From contig CAWDZQ010000004.1 of the NCBI GenBank assembly GCA_963807065.1, positions 1,415,017 through 1,479,016 of the forward strand: a stretch of DNA of 64,000 nucleotides, written 5' to 3'. A model generated the notes under the pieces. That model saw only the letters and a list, made by a program, of their open reading frames with translations, was not told where the DNA came from and made no database searches. Shown piece after piece: positions 18,378-29,898 of the stretch (positions within the stretch are counted from its first letter, which is position 1; each line of letters opens with the position of its first letter). The position numbers were made by a program, and so were the translations under genes. The DNA comes from an uncultured Chloroflexia bacterium. GTDB taxonomy: Bacteria > Chloroflexota > Anaerolineae > Anaerolineales > E44-bin32.

Positions 18378-18770
18378 TGAACCAAATCAGGACATAGGTA
18401 ACACAAATTCTAATGACATGGTTAACACTTTGTCGTGAGAGGAGGTGGCGCCGGTGCTTTGGGAAGGCGTGTACGATTTCACGACGACTAGCTGCACAAC
18501 TACTACTCCATCCCGGAGCTAGCGCAGCGGTTAAACATTTCCTGTAAGACAGCAGACAAGTGGATCATCCAATTCAGGGAGCACGGTGAGAGCGGCTTTG
18601 ACGAGCAGTCGCGCCGGCCGAAGAGCTGCCCCTGGAAGGTCGAGGCGGCGATGGCGGCTGAGTCAGCTCAGGTAGGCGAAGCCCACGCGGGAAGGGGGCC
18701 GCAGAAGCTGCTTGCCCCAATGGACTGGCAGAACCCAGGGATGCAAACTCGCCCGGTGCCAACGGCGCTT
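18378..18770 (+). pseudogene. Degenerate IS481 left end and transposase 5' remnant
   Basis: GGACATAGGTAACAC repeat and decayed similarity to 4581-5030, with stops. Confidence 0.75.
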
Positions 18771-18790
18771 GGGCTTCAACATCGCTCGCC

Positions 18791-19285
18791 TCAAAAGACC
18801 ACAGTCAGAAACCAGTTGGCGATCAAGATTGAGGAGAAGGTCAGGATGCCGCCTAGAATGAGGATTGCCAGCCGTGTCATAGATCGTGCCACTACGACCG
18901 GTGATCCCAATAGGTGACTGGACTGGGCTCCCAATCCGGCAAATACGACACTAACCGTCGTCACTACTCCCGCTCCCCCAAGCACGACTGCAACCACAAA
19001 GCGGGCCAGTCCCTCCCAGATCAGAAACGCCTGCTGCGCGGTTTGAGGTGACCTCTCGGGAGCCAAGTACCCTTGGAGTGCGGGCACAAGAACTCCTGCC
19101 GAGCCCGCCACCGCGAGCATGATCACGCTTGCGATGCCCTGCTGAAGTGCGTGGGCGTACCCGAGGCTGTCGCCTGTAGCCGTCGAAATCTGAGCCTGGG
19201 CGAGGTTCACAACAAGGGAAACGAAGAAGTACAACGCGATCAGCGCTGAGGTGATCGATACGAGTTCACCGACCGTGGTGCTCAA
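18791..19285 (-). CDS. Hypothetical 4-TM membrane protein at the end of the Tad-associated cluster
   Basis: Four hydrophobic segments and RBS GAGGGG upstream. Confidence 0.65.
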   Translation of the reverse strand: MSTTVGELVSITSALIALYFFVSLVVNLAQAQISTATGDSLGYAHALQQGIASVIMLAVAGSAGVLVPALQGYLAPERSPQTAQQAFLIWEGLARFVVAVVLGGAGVVTTVSVVFAGLGAQSSHLLGSPVVVARSMTRLAILILGGILTFSSILIANWFLTVVF

Positions 19286-19312
19286 CGACTGGATGGTGCA
19301 CCCCTCATCGAA

Positions 19313-19775
19313 CTACCATTCCTCGTCAACACCGGTAGCTGCTCGAGCTCTGGACTCCGCAACCGCGCTGAACCCGCTGACGCCGATCAAAGGGAAACCC
19401 CCAAAAACGGTGCTCGCAGTCCCGTTCACACGCACGAGGACTTCGGCGCCCTCTACTTCCACTGCCAGAAGCGTAAGGGTCATCCACGGTTCATCGAGAT
19501 GAGCGCTCAGCTCCTGAAACGAATCGACCGCGCGCTGGCGTGCCCAATTCTCATTGATGACGAAGTTGCCTTGACCAGCCTGATTTGCGTCAAGCGCACC
19601 TGCCGCAGCGAGCGCTGCCGAAATCCGCCACGATTCGGACCTGATTGCGCATGATCTGGTATCTGCCCAGGTCGAGGACTATGAACAGAGACAGGATGAA
19701 CACCGGAATCAAGACTACGAAGCCAGGCAGAGCCTGTCCACGTTCCGAGGGGCGGTATAAGGGTAAAGAGTTCAC
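19313..19775 (-). CDS. TadG/TadE-like pseudopilin (frameshifted)
   Basis: ERGQALPGFVVLIPVFILSLFIVLDLGRY...AD..ALAAA motif. Ends ...ARAATGVDEEW. Confidence 0.7.
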
Positions 19776-20269
19776 TAAGGTCCGTAAGGGGTTTGCCATC
19801 CGCTCGGCCCAGCTGAAATGAAGGGGGAGTACATGAAGAAGGCCGTCCCGCTCGGATCGTCCTCGGGCCCATTTGCCTGGAAAGCGGACCAGAAATCGGA
19901 CCACGCAAGCCCCGAAACATAGACGGTCATGCCGCTGCCGCCTATTCGTGACCATCCATGCGGCCATGAGTGAATACCTCCACAACGCTCGATTCCCACA
20001 TCCGCTTCATGCCCTCGTCGGCGAACAGTGTCGCCTGCTGCGCATACGTGTTGCCGGCATAGCCGATCCGCGATCGGGCGTTGAACACCATCCCGCTGTA
20101 GGCAGCATTCTGCGTGGCCAGCTTCTGGTAGTTCCAGTAGCCGGCGAAGGCGATCACCAGGATGAACAGGCCCATGAGTGGAAGCACTAATGACAAACTC
20201 GAGCGTCGCCTGCCCGCGCTGTCCGTCTCGTTGCATTGTCAAGATAAGCAGCTGCCTAAGTGCTCTCAT
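19775..20269 (-). CDS. tadE: TadE-like pseudopilin (two compensating frameshifts)
   Basis: QRGQATLEF then LVLPLMGLFILVIAFAG...TQNAAY in the alternative frame. Confidence 0.72.
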   Translation of the reverse strand: MRALRQLLILTMQRDGQRGQATLEFVISASTHGPVHPGDRLRRLLELPEAGHAECCLQRDGVQRPIADRLCRQHVCAAGDTVRRRGHEADVGIERCGGIHSWPHGWSRIGGSGMTVYVSGLAWSDFWSAFQANGPEDDPSGTAFFMYSPFISAGPSGWQTPYGP

Positions 20270-20278
20270 CGTGTTTGC

Positions 20279-20701
20279 CTAAGGCGCGCCATTGAATTCC
20301 CAATTAGGCGTGTACGTAGTGCCTCGCACGGGGGCATCAAGCGCCAGCCCGAACGGAGCCCAGGGGATGTGCGTTGCCCCACGGACGGTGAAGCGTTCCC
20401 CGCGGACGCCCGATCCGGTTAGCCAGGCGTATCCAAAATTGGCCACTTCGGATGTGAAGTCGGCGCTGGGCGCTGCCAGCTGGCCGGTGCTGCGGACGAA
20501 GCCAACCCCTTGTCCGGGCACCGCAGATTGCAGCGACGCCCCCTCCAGAGACAATGAGGCTGAAAGGTGATGCACGTTCCAGCCTGCAGCAAAGGCCAGG
20601 CCCAGGAAAAAGACGCCCACCAATACAGGCAGAATGATGGTGACCTCCAATACCGCCTGGCCGCGTTCCCTTGTCCTCGCGCAAGCCCGGGTCATGTTCA
20701 T
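20279..20701 (-). CDS. tadE: TadE-like pseudopilin
   Basis: ERGQAVLEVTIILPVLVGVFFLGLAF prepilin motif. Confidence 0.78.
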   Translation of the reverse strand: MNMTRACARTRERGQAVLEVTIILPVLVGVFFLGLAFAAGWNVHHLSASLSLEGASLQSAVPGQGVGFVRSTGQLAAPSADFTSEVANFGYAWLTGSGVRGERFTVRGATHIPWAPFGLALDAPVRGTTYTPNWEFNGAP

Positions 20702-20747
20702 TTCCTGTCCCGCCATCTCTATCTGGGAGCTTGCAGACAAGGATTGG

Positions 20748-20906
20748 CTACCAGGTGATCTCGGCAGCGCGCTGCTTGACGTAGGCGCCCACGATCGCGA
20801 TGACTGCAATGGCGACGAGAACGATCAAGGCGGCGATGGCCGTCCATTCGAGCGTGTCCTGACCGGACTGATCCGCCAGGATGCCCTGTTTAAGTAAGTT
20901 CTTCAT
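20748..20906 (-). CDS. flp: Flp family type IVb pilin (52 aa, missed by the ORF track)
   Basis: MKNLLKQGILADQSG|QDTLEWTAIAALIVLVAIAVIAIVGAYVKQRAAEITW with RBS GAGGAGG. Confidence 0.85.
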   Translation of the reverse strand: MKNLLKQGILADQSGQDTLEWTAIAALIVLVAIAVIAIVGAYVKQRAAEITW

Positions 20907-21074
20907 ACGCGCCCTCCTCAACAGACAAAGAGTTCTTCCCCAAGTTGGGTTTCAAGCATGAATGTAGCACCGGGGGATGCGAGTGGGCGTTACGTCTGCG
21001 TTATATCCAGCTCTTTGCATGAAAGGGTGTTCGCTCAGGCTTATGCTGGAAACTTGTAGGCGCAAAGCAGACGG

Positions 21075-21875
21075 TCATTCCAAGGGTGTCGGGGCAAGAG
21101 TCCAGATAGCGATGGCCAACTCTACTTCACCATCGACAATCTCAAACCACAGATAGTCTGAGTCCACGTCAAGTGAGCTGACGTGAAAGTAGCTCCATCC
21201 ATCTGTCAGGCAATAGTGAGTTGGTGAATGAAACTCCCCAAAGTTTTCGGCCGATCGGCTTAGTGAGATGACCGAGGATTCGCCATATCCCGGATATGAC
21301 ACCCGAAGGACCTTGCGTAATTCGTTCACCAGGTGTCTGACAGCCTGCCACTTCGGCTGGCGGAAGCTGTCAGCTTCAGGCTCAACATCGATCTTGACCA
21401 TCACCAGCGTCGAATTCGGCGGAATGAAAACGCCCGTGTTCTTGCTGAAGTCGAACAGGTTGGTTCGAAGCCCTTCAGGGGCCGCACGCCGGTTTCCCGT
21501 CGCCGGCTCATAGACGATGGCGTAGCGTTCGCCCGGGACGAGCATGGCTTCCTGGACGGTGAAGGTCTTCCCCGCTATCAAGGCGGAGTCACCCAGGTAG
21601 CGCATGGGAGGCCAAGCCGCGAAATCCTGGTCGACCACGCGGCCGGGGAAGAGCCCCGTGGACTGGGTTGCTCCTGGATGGAAACCGGGGAAGGCGAGCC
21701 GAATCCTTTCCGCCGACGGAAGGGCAGGAGACTCCAGAGTAGGCTGTGGAGATGTGGTACCGGCCGAATCATTCATCGTAGATCCAACCGCGCTTGGAGA
21801 AGGTTCCAGCGCCAATGAAAAGATCGAAAACGCAGCAGCCGCGGCCAGGATCCTCGGCATGAAAGGCCTGCTCAT
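21075..21875 (-). CDS. Hypothetical secreted protein
   Basis: Signal-peptide-like N-terminus, and it abuts the upstream gene stop. Confidence 0.6.
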   Translation of the reverse strand: MSRPFMPRILAAAAAFSIFSLALEPSPSAVGSTMNDSAGTTSPQPTLESPALPSAERIRLAFPGFHPGATQSTGLFPGRVVDQDFAAWPPMRYLGDSALIAGKTFTVQEAMLVPGERYAIVYEPATGNRRAAPEGLRTNLFDFSKNTGVFIPPNSTLVMVKIDVEPEADSFRQPKWQAVRHLVNELRKVLRVSYPGYGESSVISLSRSAENFGEFHSPTHYCLTDGWSYFHVSSLDVDSDYLWFEIVDGEVELAIAIWTLAPTPLE

Positions 21876-23749
21876 CTACTTGAGCCTCCAGGCCGGTCCG
21901 GTGTTGCCCATCACCAGGAACACTTCACCCAGGGGGACGCCGGCAGGCAGGGCGCCGAGCAGCGCGTAACCTTCATCGCCGCGCCTGGTCTCGGCGTGCG
22001 CGTCATAGCGGACCACAAGCGGGCCGGTGGCGCCCTCGTAGTAGGTGACCATTTCGAGGGGCCCGACGGCAAAGCCTCCGGAACCGTCAGGGTAGAGCAG
22101 GAAGGAGTTTTGAGCCCGGTCGTTGACGGTGGCGACGTCAATCAGCACCCAGGGATCCGACATGCGCCTGGGGAGGAAGTCCTGACCGTGCAAGTTGTCG
22201 TTGACCAGAATCTCCCCTGCGATCCTCCGTACCGACCTCGGCTCAACACCGTGTCCCAACTCACCTAGCGCGAGCAAGGGGACAGGCATCTCGAGGTGAA
22301 GGCTTGTTTGATCGGATGTGGGGAGGGCGAGCTCCTCGATGTTCAGACACTCATGTACCAGACAGACTCCGTCGCGGGTGTCCACCAGCCCGAATGCCGC
22401 GTCGTACAGCGGGATTTCCCAAACCGGTGTCCGGCTGGACCAGCCTCCCGGGGCATCGGATCTCATGACGGCCCAAACAGTTGAAGAACTCGAAGGCAGG
22501 TCTGCCTCCGCCCAGCTGCCTTCGGATTGGATCTCCAATCCCTCGGCGGTGGCGAAGAGGCCGTCCGGCGAGTCCTGCACATATAGGTCAACTGAGACCC
22601 TCTGGGCAAGGGCGAGGCGATCCCAGTCCGCCTGCAGCTGCTCGAAGCCGGGGAAATAGAACTGCAGGGCGAACCGGCCGATGCGGTCCTCGCCCGTTGG
22701 GGGACATTCGACCCCGCGGTCTCGATACCAGACGCTCACGCCTGGACAATTCCCGGGGGCGCGCCGCGCCCGGGTGATGTTTCCCAACGGCGCCTGTACG
22801 GATGCGTCTTCGACGTCGCTTCGGTAGGAGAACCCAGCCCCCATCGATACCCACACCGGACCCTGGTAGACAATCTCCACGCCAGACTCGGGTACGGCGC
22901 TCGTTGGGGTGGACGAACGCGAGGCGGGCGGCCCCGGAGTTTCATCTCGGGCACCTGCCGACCCGGCTACATTCCAGCCCAGGACCGTTCCGTTCGGAAT
23001 CAAGTGCCACGCGCCGACCGGCAGACGATCGAGCGGAGTCCAGGCTGGCGCCGAAAACGAAGAGCCATCCGCTGAAGAGAACACCCACTCCAGCGCCGGC
23101 GAATCTGCGCTAGCCGAGGAAGCCAAACAGAGAACCCATCCCTCGCGCACTTCTCCCGGAGCCAGAGATGACTGGGCGGGTTCATACCTCGGCTCGGGCG
23201 GGCCGGCCTCTGATGCGTCCTTTGACGCTGCAGCGACTGGCACGCAAGGAAGATTGAGCCCGGAACCGGCATCGACGACGGTCAGCGGCGGCCAGAACTC
23301 GCCGGCACCGGCGGTCGACGAGCGGGGAACTTGCATGGGATCCGCCGCGGGTGCGTCCTCCGGCGCTGCGCACCCGGATGTAGACGGCGAGCGTACGTTG
23401 TTGCGAATCCGGGAACGCCTGCCGGATTTCGGATGCCTCCGGATGGGTCACTGTTTCGCCCGAAGGGCGAGTGTAGGAGAGGAAGGGGTCAAGCGGGAGC
23501 GCTCGAGGATCCTTGAGGACCCGCAGCACCTGCAGTTGCGCGCCGCCGGGCGAGGTGGCGGCAGGCGCCAGGACCGTGCCCGCCGTCGGCGCCGGCACGT
23601 CGGAAAGTGGCAGTTCTACGACCGCAATCCTCGGAACGGCTCGTAGGTGTGGCCGAGATTTCACTATTGCCCTGCGGCCCGGGCCCACAATTGGCCAGGA
23701 TCAAGGCTGCTGTAAGGAGGGGGATCCCCCATCGAGTGTGTTTGGACAC
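21876..23749 (-). CDS. Large putative lipoprotein (frameshifted N-terminus)
   Basis: VSKHTRWGIPLLTAALILANC lipobox-like start joins, via shifts, the 486-aa ORF 21876..23336. Confidence 0.55.
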
Positions 23750-23769
23750 CGGCTCTCCCACTCCCGATC

Positions 23770-24670
23770 TTATATCACCCCCTCGCTGGTGAGAAGTATG
23801 AGCGTGGGCACGATGGTGACGATCAGACTGGCCAGCAGGATCACGATCGACGTCAGGAGCGTGACCTTGATCTTGGCCCGGTTGGCTTCCTCGACGATGG
23901 CCAACTTCAGCCGACCCCGCATGGCCCGGGCCCGCGATCTGAAGGGGCCGGCCAGGGTCTGCCCCTTCTGGATCGAAATCGTGACCATGCCCAGGAACTC
24001 GTCGAACGCCGGCGTGTGCGGCAGGTCCTTGCGCACGTCTTCGGTGGCCTCCAGGATCGAGCGGCCCATACTGAGAACTCGAAGCCAGCCGGCCGCAGGC
24101 TTCGCCGAACAGCCCCACATTCCGGGTCTGAGCCAGGGCGTCGGCGATGTCGGCGCCCGAGGCGAGGAAGAGGGCGATGCGCTCCAGCCCGAAGCCCATC
24201 TCCTTGAGCAGCCTCTCCCGGCGCCGGCGGATGGCAGCGTTGATCGTGCGCTCGGGCAGCCAGAAGCCGTAGACCGCACCCAGGGTGGTCAGCACGGCCG
24301 ATCCCAGCGGCACCACCGGTGCCGCGAAGACGAAATCCAAGGCGACGCTGACGGCCAGAGCGGTGATCATGAAGATGAGCGCGGCGTACATCCGCCGGGC
24401 GTAGAGCTCGGGGAGCGATCCGTAGATCCAGCCGGATCGGCGCAGCCGGCCGAGCAGGTCGTCGCCTTCCGGCTTGATGCGCCGGCTCAGGTCGGTGATG
24501 GCCGCTTCCAGAATCCCCGCCTCGGCCACGCCGACGACACGCGGCCCCGCCCCGGTCCCTTGCAGCCGGCGGAGCGCCGCGTGTGGGACGGCGAAGGCGG
24601 CGAAGATCAGAAAGACGCCGAACCCGGCCAGCGACGAAAGGAGCAGCGAGACCAATATGCCGGTGGTCAT
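23770..24670 (-). CDS. tadC: TadC-like T2SS F-family protein (frameshift near 24080)
   Basis: GFWLPERTINAAIRRRRERLLKEMGFGLERIALFLASG, then a C-terminal EEANRAKIKVTL TM. Confidence 0.85.
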
Positions 24671-24677
24671 GACGTCT

Positions 24678-25625
24678 TCACGCCTCCTCGATTTCGAGCA
24701 CCCTGGCCACGCCCGCCAGAGCCCGCTGGCCGAGTATGAAGCCCACCAGCGCCAGGGCGTAGGCGGTGATCTGAACGACCTGGCCCGTGAGCGAGGCGTA
24801 AATGTGCGCCATGGCGGGGCTGGAGAAGCGGAGCAGCCCGACGAAGATCAGCGGGGCGACGGCTACCAGGCGCATCTGGTTGCGGGCGAGCGAGAGCTCG
24901 GCGACCATCCGCTTGCGCTCGGCGGCCGTTTCCCGGATGGTGGTGCTGAGCGGCTCCAGGATCTCGTGCAGCGGGATGGTCGCCCCGCGGCCCTGCCAGA
25001 CGGCGAGGGTGTCGACCAGCAAATCCAGCGAATAGCTGGCGCGCGCTTGCTGCACGCCTTCGAAGGCCGCCCGCAGGCTGGCGCCGCCTGTGATCTGGCT
25101 GGCGATGGCGCTGAAATCGTTCTTCACGGCTTCGGGGGCCATCTCGGCGGCGTGGGTCACGGCGCCTTTGAGCGTCCCGTACAGCTGCGCGCCCACCCCC
25201 AGGCGGTCGCACAGGTCGGCCAGCGCCTCTTCGTATTCCAGCCGGTGGGCGTCCCGGCGCTGGAAGAGCCACTGTACATACAGTACGAAGCCCAGTGCCC
25301 CGACAAAGGCCGACACAAGCACCGCGCCGGACAGCAGTAAGGCGACAAGGAATGACAGCAGGCCGACGGCGGCGCCGACCCTGAGAAAGCCGGCCGGTGT
25401 CACGGGGAGATCGGCCAGAGCGATGGCAGCCGCCAGACCGCGCTTGCGGAGCGTGCGGGCGAACCCATCCTGCGTGTCGTGCGGCCCTTCGGCGACCTCG
25501 GCCTGGCCACGCGACAGCCGCTCGATGCGCTCGAAACTCGAGGGACGAGGCTGCGTGCTGATGGCCAGGAAGATGAGCAGGATCCCGACCCCGGCGATGA
25601 ACGCCAGCAGAAGGTTGGTGAGCAT
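24678..25625 (-). CDS. tadB: TadB-like T2SS F-family protein
   Basis: TM-T2SSF-TM topology, located between tadA and tadC. Confidence 0.85.
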   Translation of the reverse strand: MLTNLLLAFIAGVGILLIFLAISTQPRPSSFERIERLSRGQAEVAEGPHDTQDGFARTLRKRGLAAAIALADLPVTPAGFLRVGAAVGLLSFLVALLLSGAVLVSAFVGALGFVLYVQWLFQRRDAHRLEYEEALADLCDRLGVGAQLYGTLKGAVTHAAEMAPEAVKNDFSAIASQITGGASLRAAFEGVQQARASYSLDLLVDTLAVWQGRGATIPLHEILEPLSTTIRETAAERKRMVAELSLARNQMRLVAVAPLIFVGLLRFSSPAMAHIYASLTGQVVQITAYALALVGFILGQRALAGVARVLEIEEA

Positions 25626-25635
25626 GCGGCCCCCC

Positions 25636-27079
25636 TCAGTTTGCCATGGCCGGAGCGGGGTGCAGTCCGGCCTGCTTGAAGCGCCCCGTATGGGCCGAGG
25701 CGGCCAACGGGCCGTCGAGCCGGTTCCCGGCGGCGCGGAACAGGGTCTGCATTTCCGGCTCATAGGCGCCGCCGCGCTCCACGACCGCGCCCGTCAGCTC
25801 GGCAATCGTGTGGGCCCGCCGGATGAGCCGGCCGCCCACCCGGTGCATTTCAAGCGCCACCACGATGTGCAGCGTGGAGGCCACCATCTGCGCTGCGCGC
25901 CAGGTATCCAGGTAGCGGCCGCGCTCGCTCTGGGCCAGCATCAGGTAGATCCGGGAGAACAGCTCCTCGGCGCCGTACGCGTGGACGCTGGTCAGGCCGT
26001 TCTTGTGCCCCGTGTTCAAGGCATTGAGCAGGTCGAAGACCTCGCCACCGCGTGCCTCGCCCAACGTCAGGGCGTCGGGGCGGTGGCGAAGCGCCAGCTT
26101 GACCAGGTCCTCCTGGGTGATCGGTGGCACGCCTTCGAGTGAAGGCGGCCGCGTGCGCAGGTAGAGCACGTTGTTCGGCTTGTCGGAGTCCGGATGCAGG
26201 ACGATCTCGGGCGTGTCCTCGATGATCAGGATCCGCCGTCCCCGGGGGATCTTGCGGCCCAGGGCCATCAAGAGCGTCGTCTTCCCGACTCCCGTCGGGC
26301 CGACGACGACAATGTTGAGCCCGGCCAGGACGGCGGCGTGCAGGTAGCCGGCCGCCTCCGGCGAGAGCAGGCCTTCCACCTCGCCATCGAGCAGAGATCG
26401 GTAGTCGGGCAGATCGGCTGCTGGCGCCTGCATATCATGGTGGTCATGGGTTGTCGACCGGACCATGTCCTCCAGGTTGAGACGGCGCGCCCGCGGGCTG
26501 CGGATCACGGCGCTCGGCCACGGGCTGGCGATGGGGTGGGTGACGACGCCGATGCGCTCGCCCCCCGGGAGAACGGCGTCGGCGATGGGCATGACGATGT
26601 TGGCCTGGCGGTTGGAGCCGGCGATGCCCCGGTTGAGCAGCTCGAGCAGGCGCGGGGCGGACTGGAAGGTGGTCCCGGTCTCTTCCCACCGGCCGCCGCG
26701 ATAGGCCATCACTTCGTTCGGCCCGTTCACGGCGATGTCCTCGATCGACTCGTCGGCCAGGAGGGGTTCGAGCGCTCCCATCCCCAGGATGTCGGCCAGC
26801 GCCTTCTCGACGAACACCTCCGGGTCGCCGGCCAGAGTTCGGCCGGCTGTCCTGCAAGGCCTGATCATTGTAGGAGCGGAACACCTCTCCCGCGATCCGG
26901 TGGGCTTCGTCCGTGACGTGCGGCCCGGCGTTGTTGATCTGGCCAGGGCCGAACTGCCGAGTGAGACGCTGCCGGATCAGCTCGAGCGCGGGCGGATACG
27001 GATCGCCGACGGACTGCATGCCAGGGCGACCGGGCGCATGGTCAGCTGAGAAGGATTCTTCGAAGTAGTCGCCTCGCAC
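25636..27079 (-). CDS. tadA: TadA/CpaF pilus ATPase (frameshift near 26840)
   Basis: GMGALEPLLADESIEDIAVNG, Walker A GPTGVGKT, IEDTPE, LRHRPD..LGEARG, NTGH. Confidence 0.93.
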
Positions 27080-27096
27080 GTCCTCCTCCGCAGATA

Positions 27097-28473
27097 TCAC
27101 CGGTTGAAAAGGCTCAACCGGCGCTTGCCTTTGCCCTGCTTCAACCGCGCCGACCAGGCGGCGGCGATAGGTGGGTAGAACTGGCCCGCCAGCTCCGCCA
27201 TCCCCTGCAGCGTGGCCTCTGTGCCTCGGGCGTGGGCGCGACCGTTGGCGAACATGGCGGTGTAGGAGCGGCCCTCGTTGCCTGCCCGGGTCACGTTGCC
27301 GCTGATGTCCAGCGGCACGATCCCCAGGGCTGAAACCCTGGCGAACTTGGCCGCCTCCTGCAGCGAGACTCCCAGGTCGTCCTGCCACTTGTTAATCACC
27401 AGGCCGAAGCGCCCGGCGTCGATCCCCACCCGCGGGATCACGGTCTGATGGACGCCCTGGCGCACATCCGAAATGCTGGTCATATCCGGCTCGCAGATGA
27501 CCAGGATAGTGTCGACGGCGTGCAGCGCGCCCTGATGCAGGCCGACGTTCATGGAGCTGCCCATGTCCACGATCACGAAATCGTAGTTGCGCGACAGCAG
27601 GGGCAGTAAGTACTGAATGAAGGCCATCCCCTTCTCGCCGGCGATGTGCTCGTGGCGAGACTGCTCCATGTTCATGACGCCCGGCAGCACCTTCAGATTG
27701 GGGGCGCCTTTTACAGGGCTGAGGTAATTGTCGATCAGGCGCGACATGTCGGCTTCGCTGGAAGGGTGCCCAAGGCTGGTGTGGAAGACGGAGGCCGCTT
27801 GCAGGATCCCGCTTTGGGAGTCCACGTTGAGCCGCATGCGCACGTGCCCACCGTTCATGTTGGCGTCGACCAGCGCCACGGTTCGTCCCCCGATGGCGGC
27901 GAGCATGGCCCCCAGCTCGCAGGCGATGGTGGTCTTGCCCACCCCGCCCTTGGGAGCCCAAACGGCGATCACTTGCCGCTGCCATGCGGCTCCGCCGCCG
28001 GCGGCCGTCGCCTGGCGGATTGTTTCCGGCGCGGCCGCGCCCCAGGCGCCCTTGCCCCATTCGCGGGTCAGTCGCATGAACGCTGGGGGGAGCTCCTCGC
28101 AGATCCGTTCCACGCCGCCGACGGTCAGGGGCAGGGTGTAGACGGCGTCGAGCTGAACCCCGAGCATTTCTTCCATCTCACTCGACCCCGACTGCGCCAG
28201 CCCAACGAGCAGCAGGGGGAAGTCCACCGCGTGCCGAAGCCGGAGGAGATCGGGCAGGCTGTACCCGTCGACGTCGGCGTCAACCACCAACGCTTGCGGA
28301 CGCATCTGCCGGATGGTCCGGAGCGCGCTGTTCTTCTCAAAGATCGGCAGCGTAGTCAGGACACGCACCGGCTTGTCGGTGGCCACGTGCAGCTCGGAGG
28401 TGAGTTGCTGACCCACATCCGGCCTGACGAAGGCAAGTGCGCCAAGGTATTCGAGCGCCACTGGCTGACTCAA
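27097..28473 (-). CDS. cpaE: TadZ/CpaE MinD-like ATPase with degenerate receiver domain
   Basis: PKGGVGKTT, located upstream of tadA. Confidence 0.85.
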   Translation of the reverse strand: MSQPVALEYLGALAFVRPDVGQQLTSELHVATDKPVRVLTTLPIFEKNSALRTIRQMRPQALVVDADVDGYSLPDLLRLRHAVDFPLLLVGLAQSGSSEMEEMLGVQLDAVYTLPLTVGGVERICEELPPAFMRLTREWGKGAWGAAAPETIRQATAAGGGAAWQRQVIAVWAPKGGVGKTTIACELGAMLAAIGGRTVALVDANMNGGHVRMRLNVDSQSGILQAASVFHTSLGHPSSEADMSRLIDNYLSPVKGAPNLKVLPGVMNMEQSRHEHIAGEKGMAFIQYLLPLLSRNYDFVIVDMGSSMNVGLHQGALHAVDTILVICEPDMTSISDVRQGVHQTVIPRVGIDAGRFGLVINKWQDDLGVSLQEAAKFARVSALGIVPLDISGNVTRAGNEGRSYTAMFANGRAHARGTEATLQGMAELAGQFYPPIAAAWSARLKQGKGKRRLSLFNR

Positions 28474-28516
28474 GCCGTTTCTCCTCGCTCCGCCAAGCTC
28501 CTCTTGCCTATCCCCC

Positions 28517-29560
28517 TCACGGGGCAGGTGTCGATGTTATCGGTGCATCGACCGACAAGGCAGACGGCGTGACGGTCGGAGTCGCCGTTGGGGTCGCCGT
28601 CGGGGCCAGCGCCTGGCGATCGGCGTAGAAGAGATCGAGCAGATCCTGCAGTGTTGCACCCATCGTCGGGCCGTCGAACTCGCCGTCGGCCAGCGGCGAG
28701 AGAAGACCGACCTGCAGCAACCCGGCGCTGGATGCCATGGCCACGGTTTCGAACGCCTCCCTTGGGATCACCACCTCAAGCCCGGTCACGTCCCCGAGGA
28801 CCACGGTGGCGTCGCCTTGAGATGTGAAGGAGGAGACACCGTGCTCGCGAATCACGCGTACGACGGGAGCGCCGTGAACGAGCGCTTTGGCCAAAGGCTC
28901 GCGAATATCGGGGCGCGGCGTGGCGGTGGCCGTCGCCGTGGGGGTTTCGAGCAAGGATCCGAGGTCAACGCCGCTCTGGGCGGCCAGTTCCTCCAGCAGC
29001 TGTTCTGGCGATCCGACCGGGTTAATCAGGCTGGCTCCTTGGGGCGAGGCGGGCGCCAGCTCGGTCCGGTCCATCAATACCGGTTCGGCAATGTTGCTTA
29101 CGGCCACGACCAGGTCGACCCTATCGCCGATGGCCACGCTGTCCGGTACCGCTCCAGCGGCGGAAATGGTCACGACCATCAAATCGGGATCATCCAGGGC
29201 GAGCCTGGCGATCCGGGAGGCGGCAGGATTGTCGGCTGAGACTACCGAACTGAGCAGGATGGGCTCGAAGCGCATGGCCGGCCGGATCAGCACGCCTCCG
29301 GCGGCGCGCATCGCCTGCAGGCCTTCGGGCCGCAAGATGGCATCAACCATGGGGCGCGCGTCGGACTTGAGCTGAAGAGGAACCAGGACGAAGGCATCGT
29401 CGGGCAGGTCGGCCAGACGAGTGCCGGCAGGAATGTCCTGCCGCGCGGCGACGACCACAAGCGGGGTCGGGTTGAGCGTTCGAGAGAGGTAGAAGACGGA
29501 GCTGCCGCCTATGACTGCGAAAAGGGCGCCGACGATCAGAAGCACTCGATTTATGCTCAT
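28517..29560 (-). CDS. cpaB: CpaB/RcpC SAF-domain protein
   Basis: N-terminal TM, VVVAARQDIPAGT (SAF domain) and GDRVDLV. Confidence 0.85.
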   Translation of the reverse strand: MSINRVLLIVGALFAVIGGSSVFYLSRTLNPTPLVVVAARQDIPAGTRLADLPDDAFVLVPLQLKSDARPMVDAILRPEGLQAMRAAGGVLIRPAMRFEPILLSSVVSADNPAASRIARLALDDPDLMVVTISAAGAVPDSVAIGDRVDLVVAVSNIAEPVLMDRTELAPASPQGASLINPVGSPEQLLEELAAQSGVDLGSLLETPTATATATPRPDIREPLAKALVHGAPVVRVIREHGVSSFTSQGDATVVLGDVTGLEVVIPREAFETVAMASSAGLLQVGLLSPLADGEFDGPTMGATLQDLLDLFYADRQALAPTATPTATPTVTPSALSVDAPITSTPAP

Positions 29561-29898
29561 ACCCCCACCTCCTGCTGCGGCGAGTCCGCTTCTTGCGCTA
29601 CATCGATCTTCTGGCTGAGCCCGCTCAGCATGTGAGCGATCACCAGGTGGAGGCTTTCAAGCTGCATGGGCGAAAGCACGGCAAGATCCTGGGCGTCAAG
29701 GGTTCTCCAGCCCCTCAAGAGGCGTTCAAGCCCTCGACCGATTTCGTGGTTTCGGCTGAGATCCCGTGCCCTCGAGGCGGCGATGGCGGCGGGGCATCCG
29801 GTGATCTCACAGATCGCCTCACCGAGGGAAAGAACCCACTCGGGCGCTTCGCCTAAGGCCCGCAAATGGTCGGCGACCGTGGGCTGTCGCATCGTCAC
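29557..29898 (-). CDS. Hypothetical protein
   Basis: Translationally coupled between parB and cpaB. Confidence 0.55.
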   Translation of the reverse strand: MTMRQPTVADHLRALGEAPEWVLSLGEAICEITGCPAAIAASRARDLSRNHEIGRGLERLLRGWRTLDAQDLAVLSPMQLESLHLVIAHMLSGLSQKIDVAQEADSPQQEVGV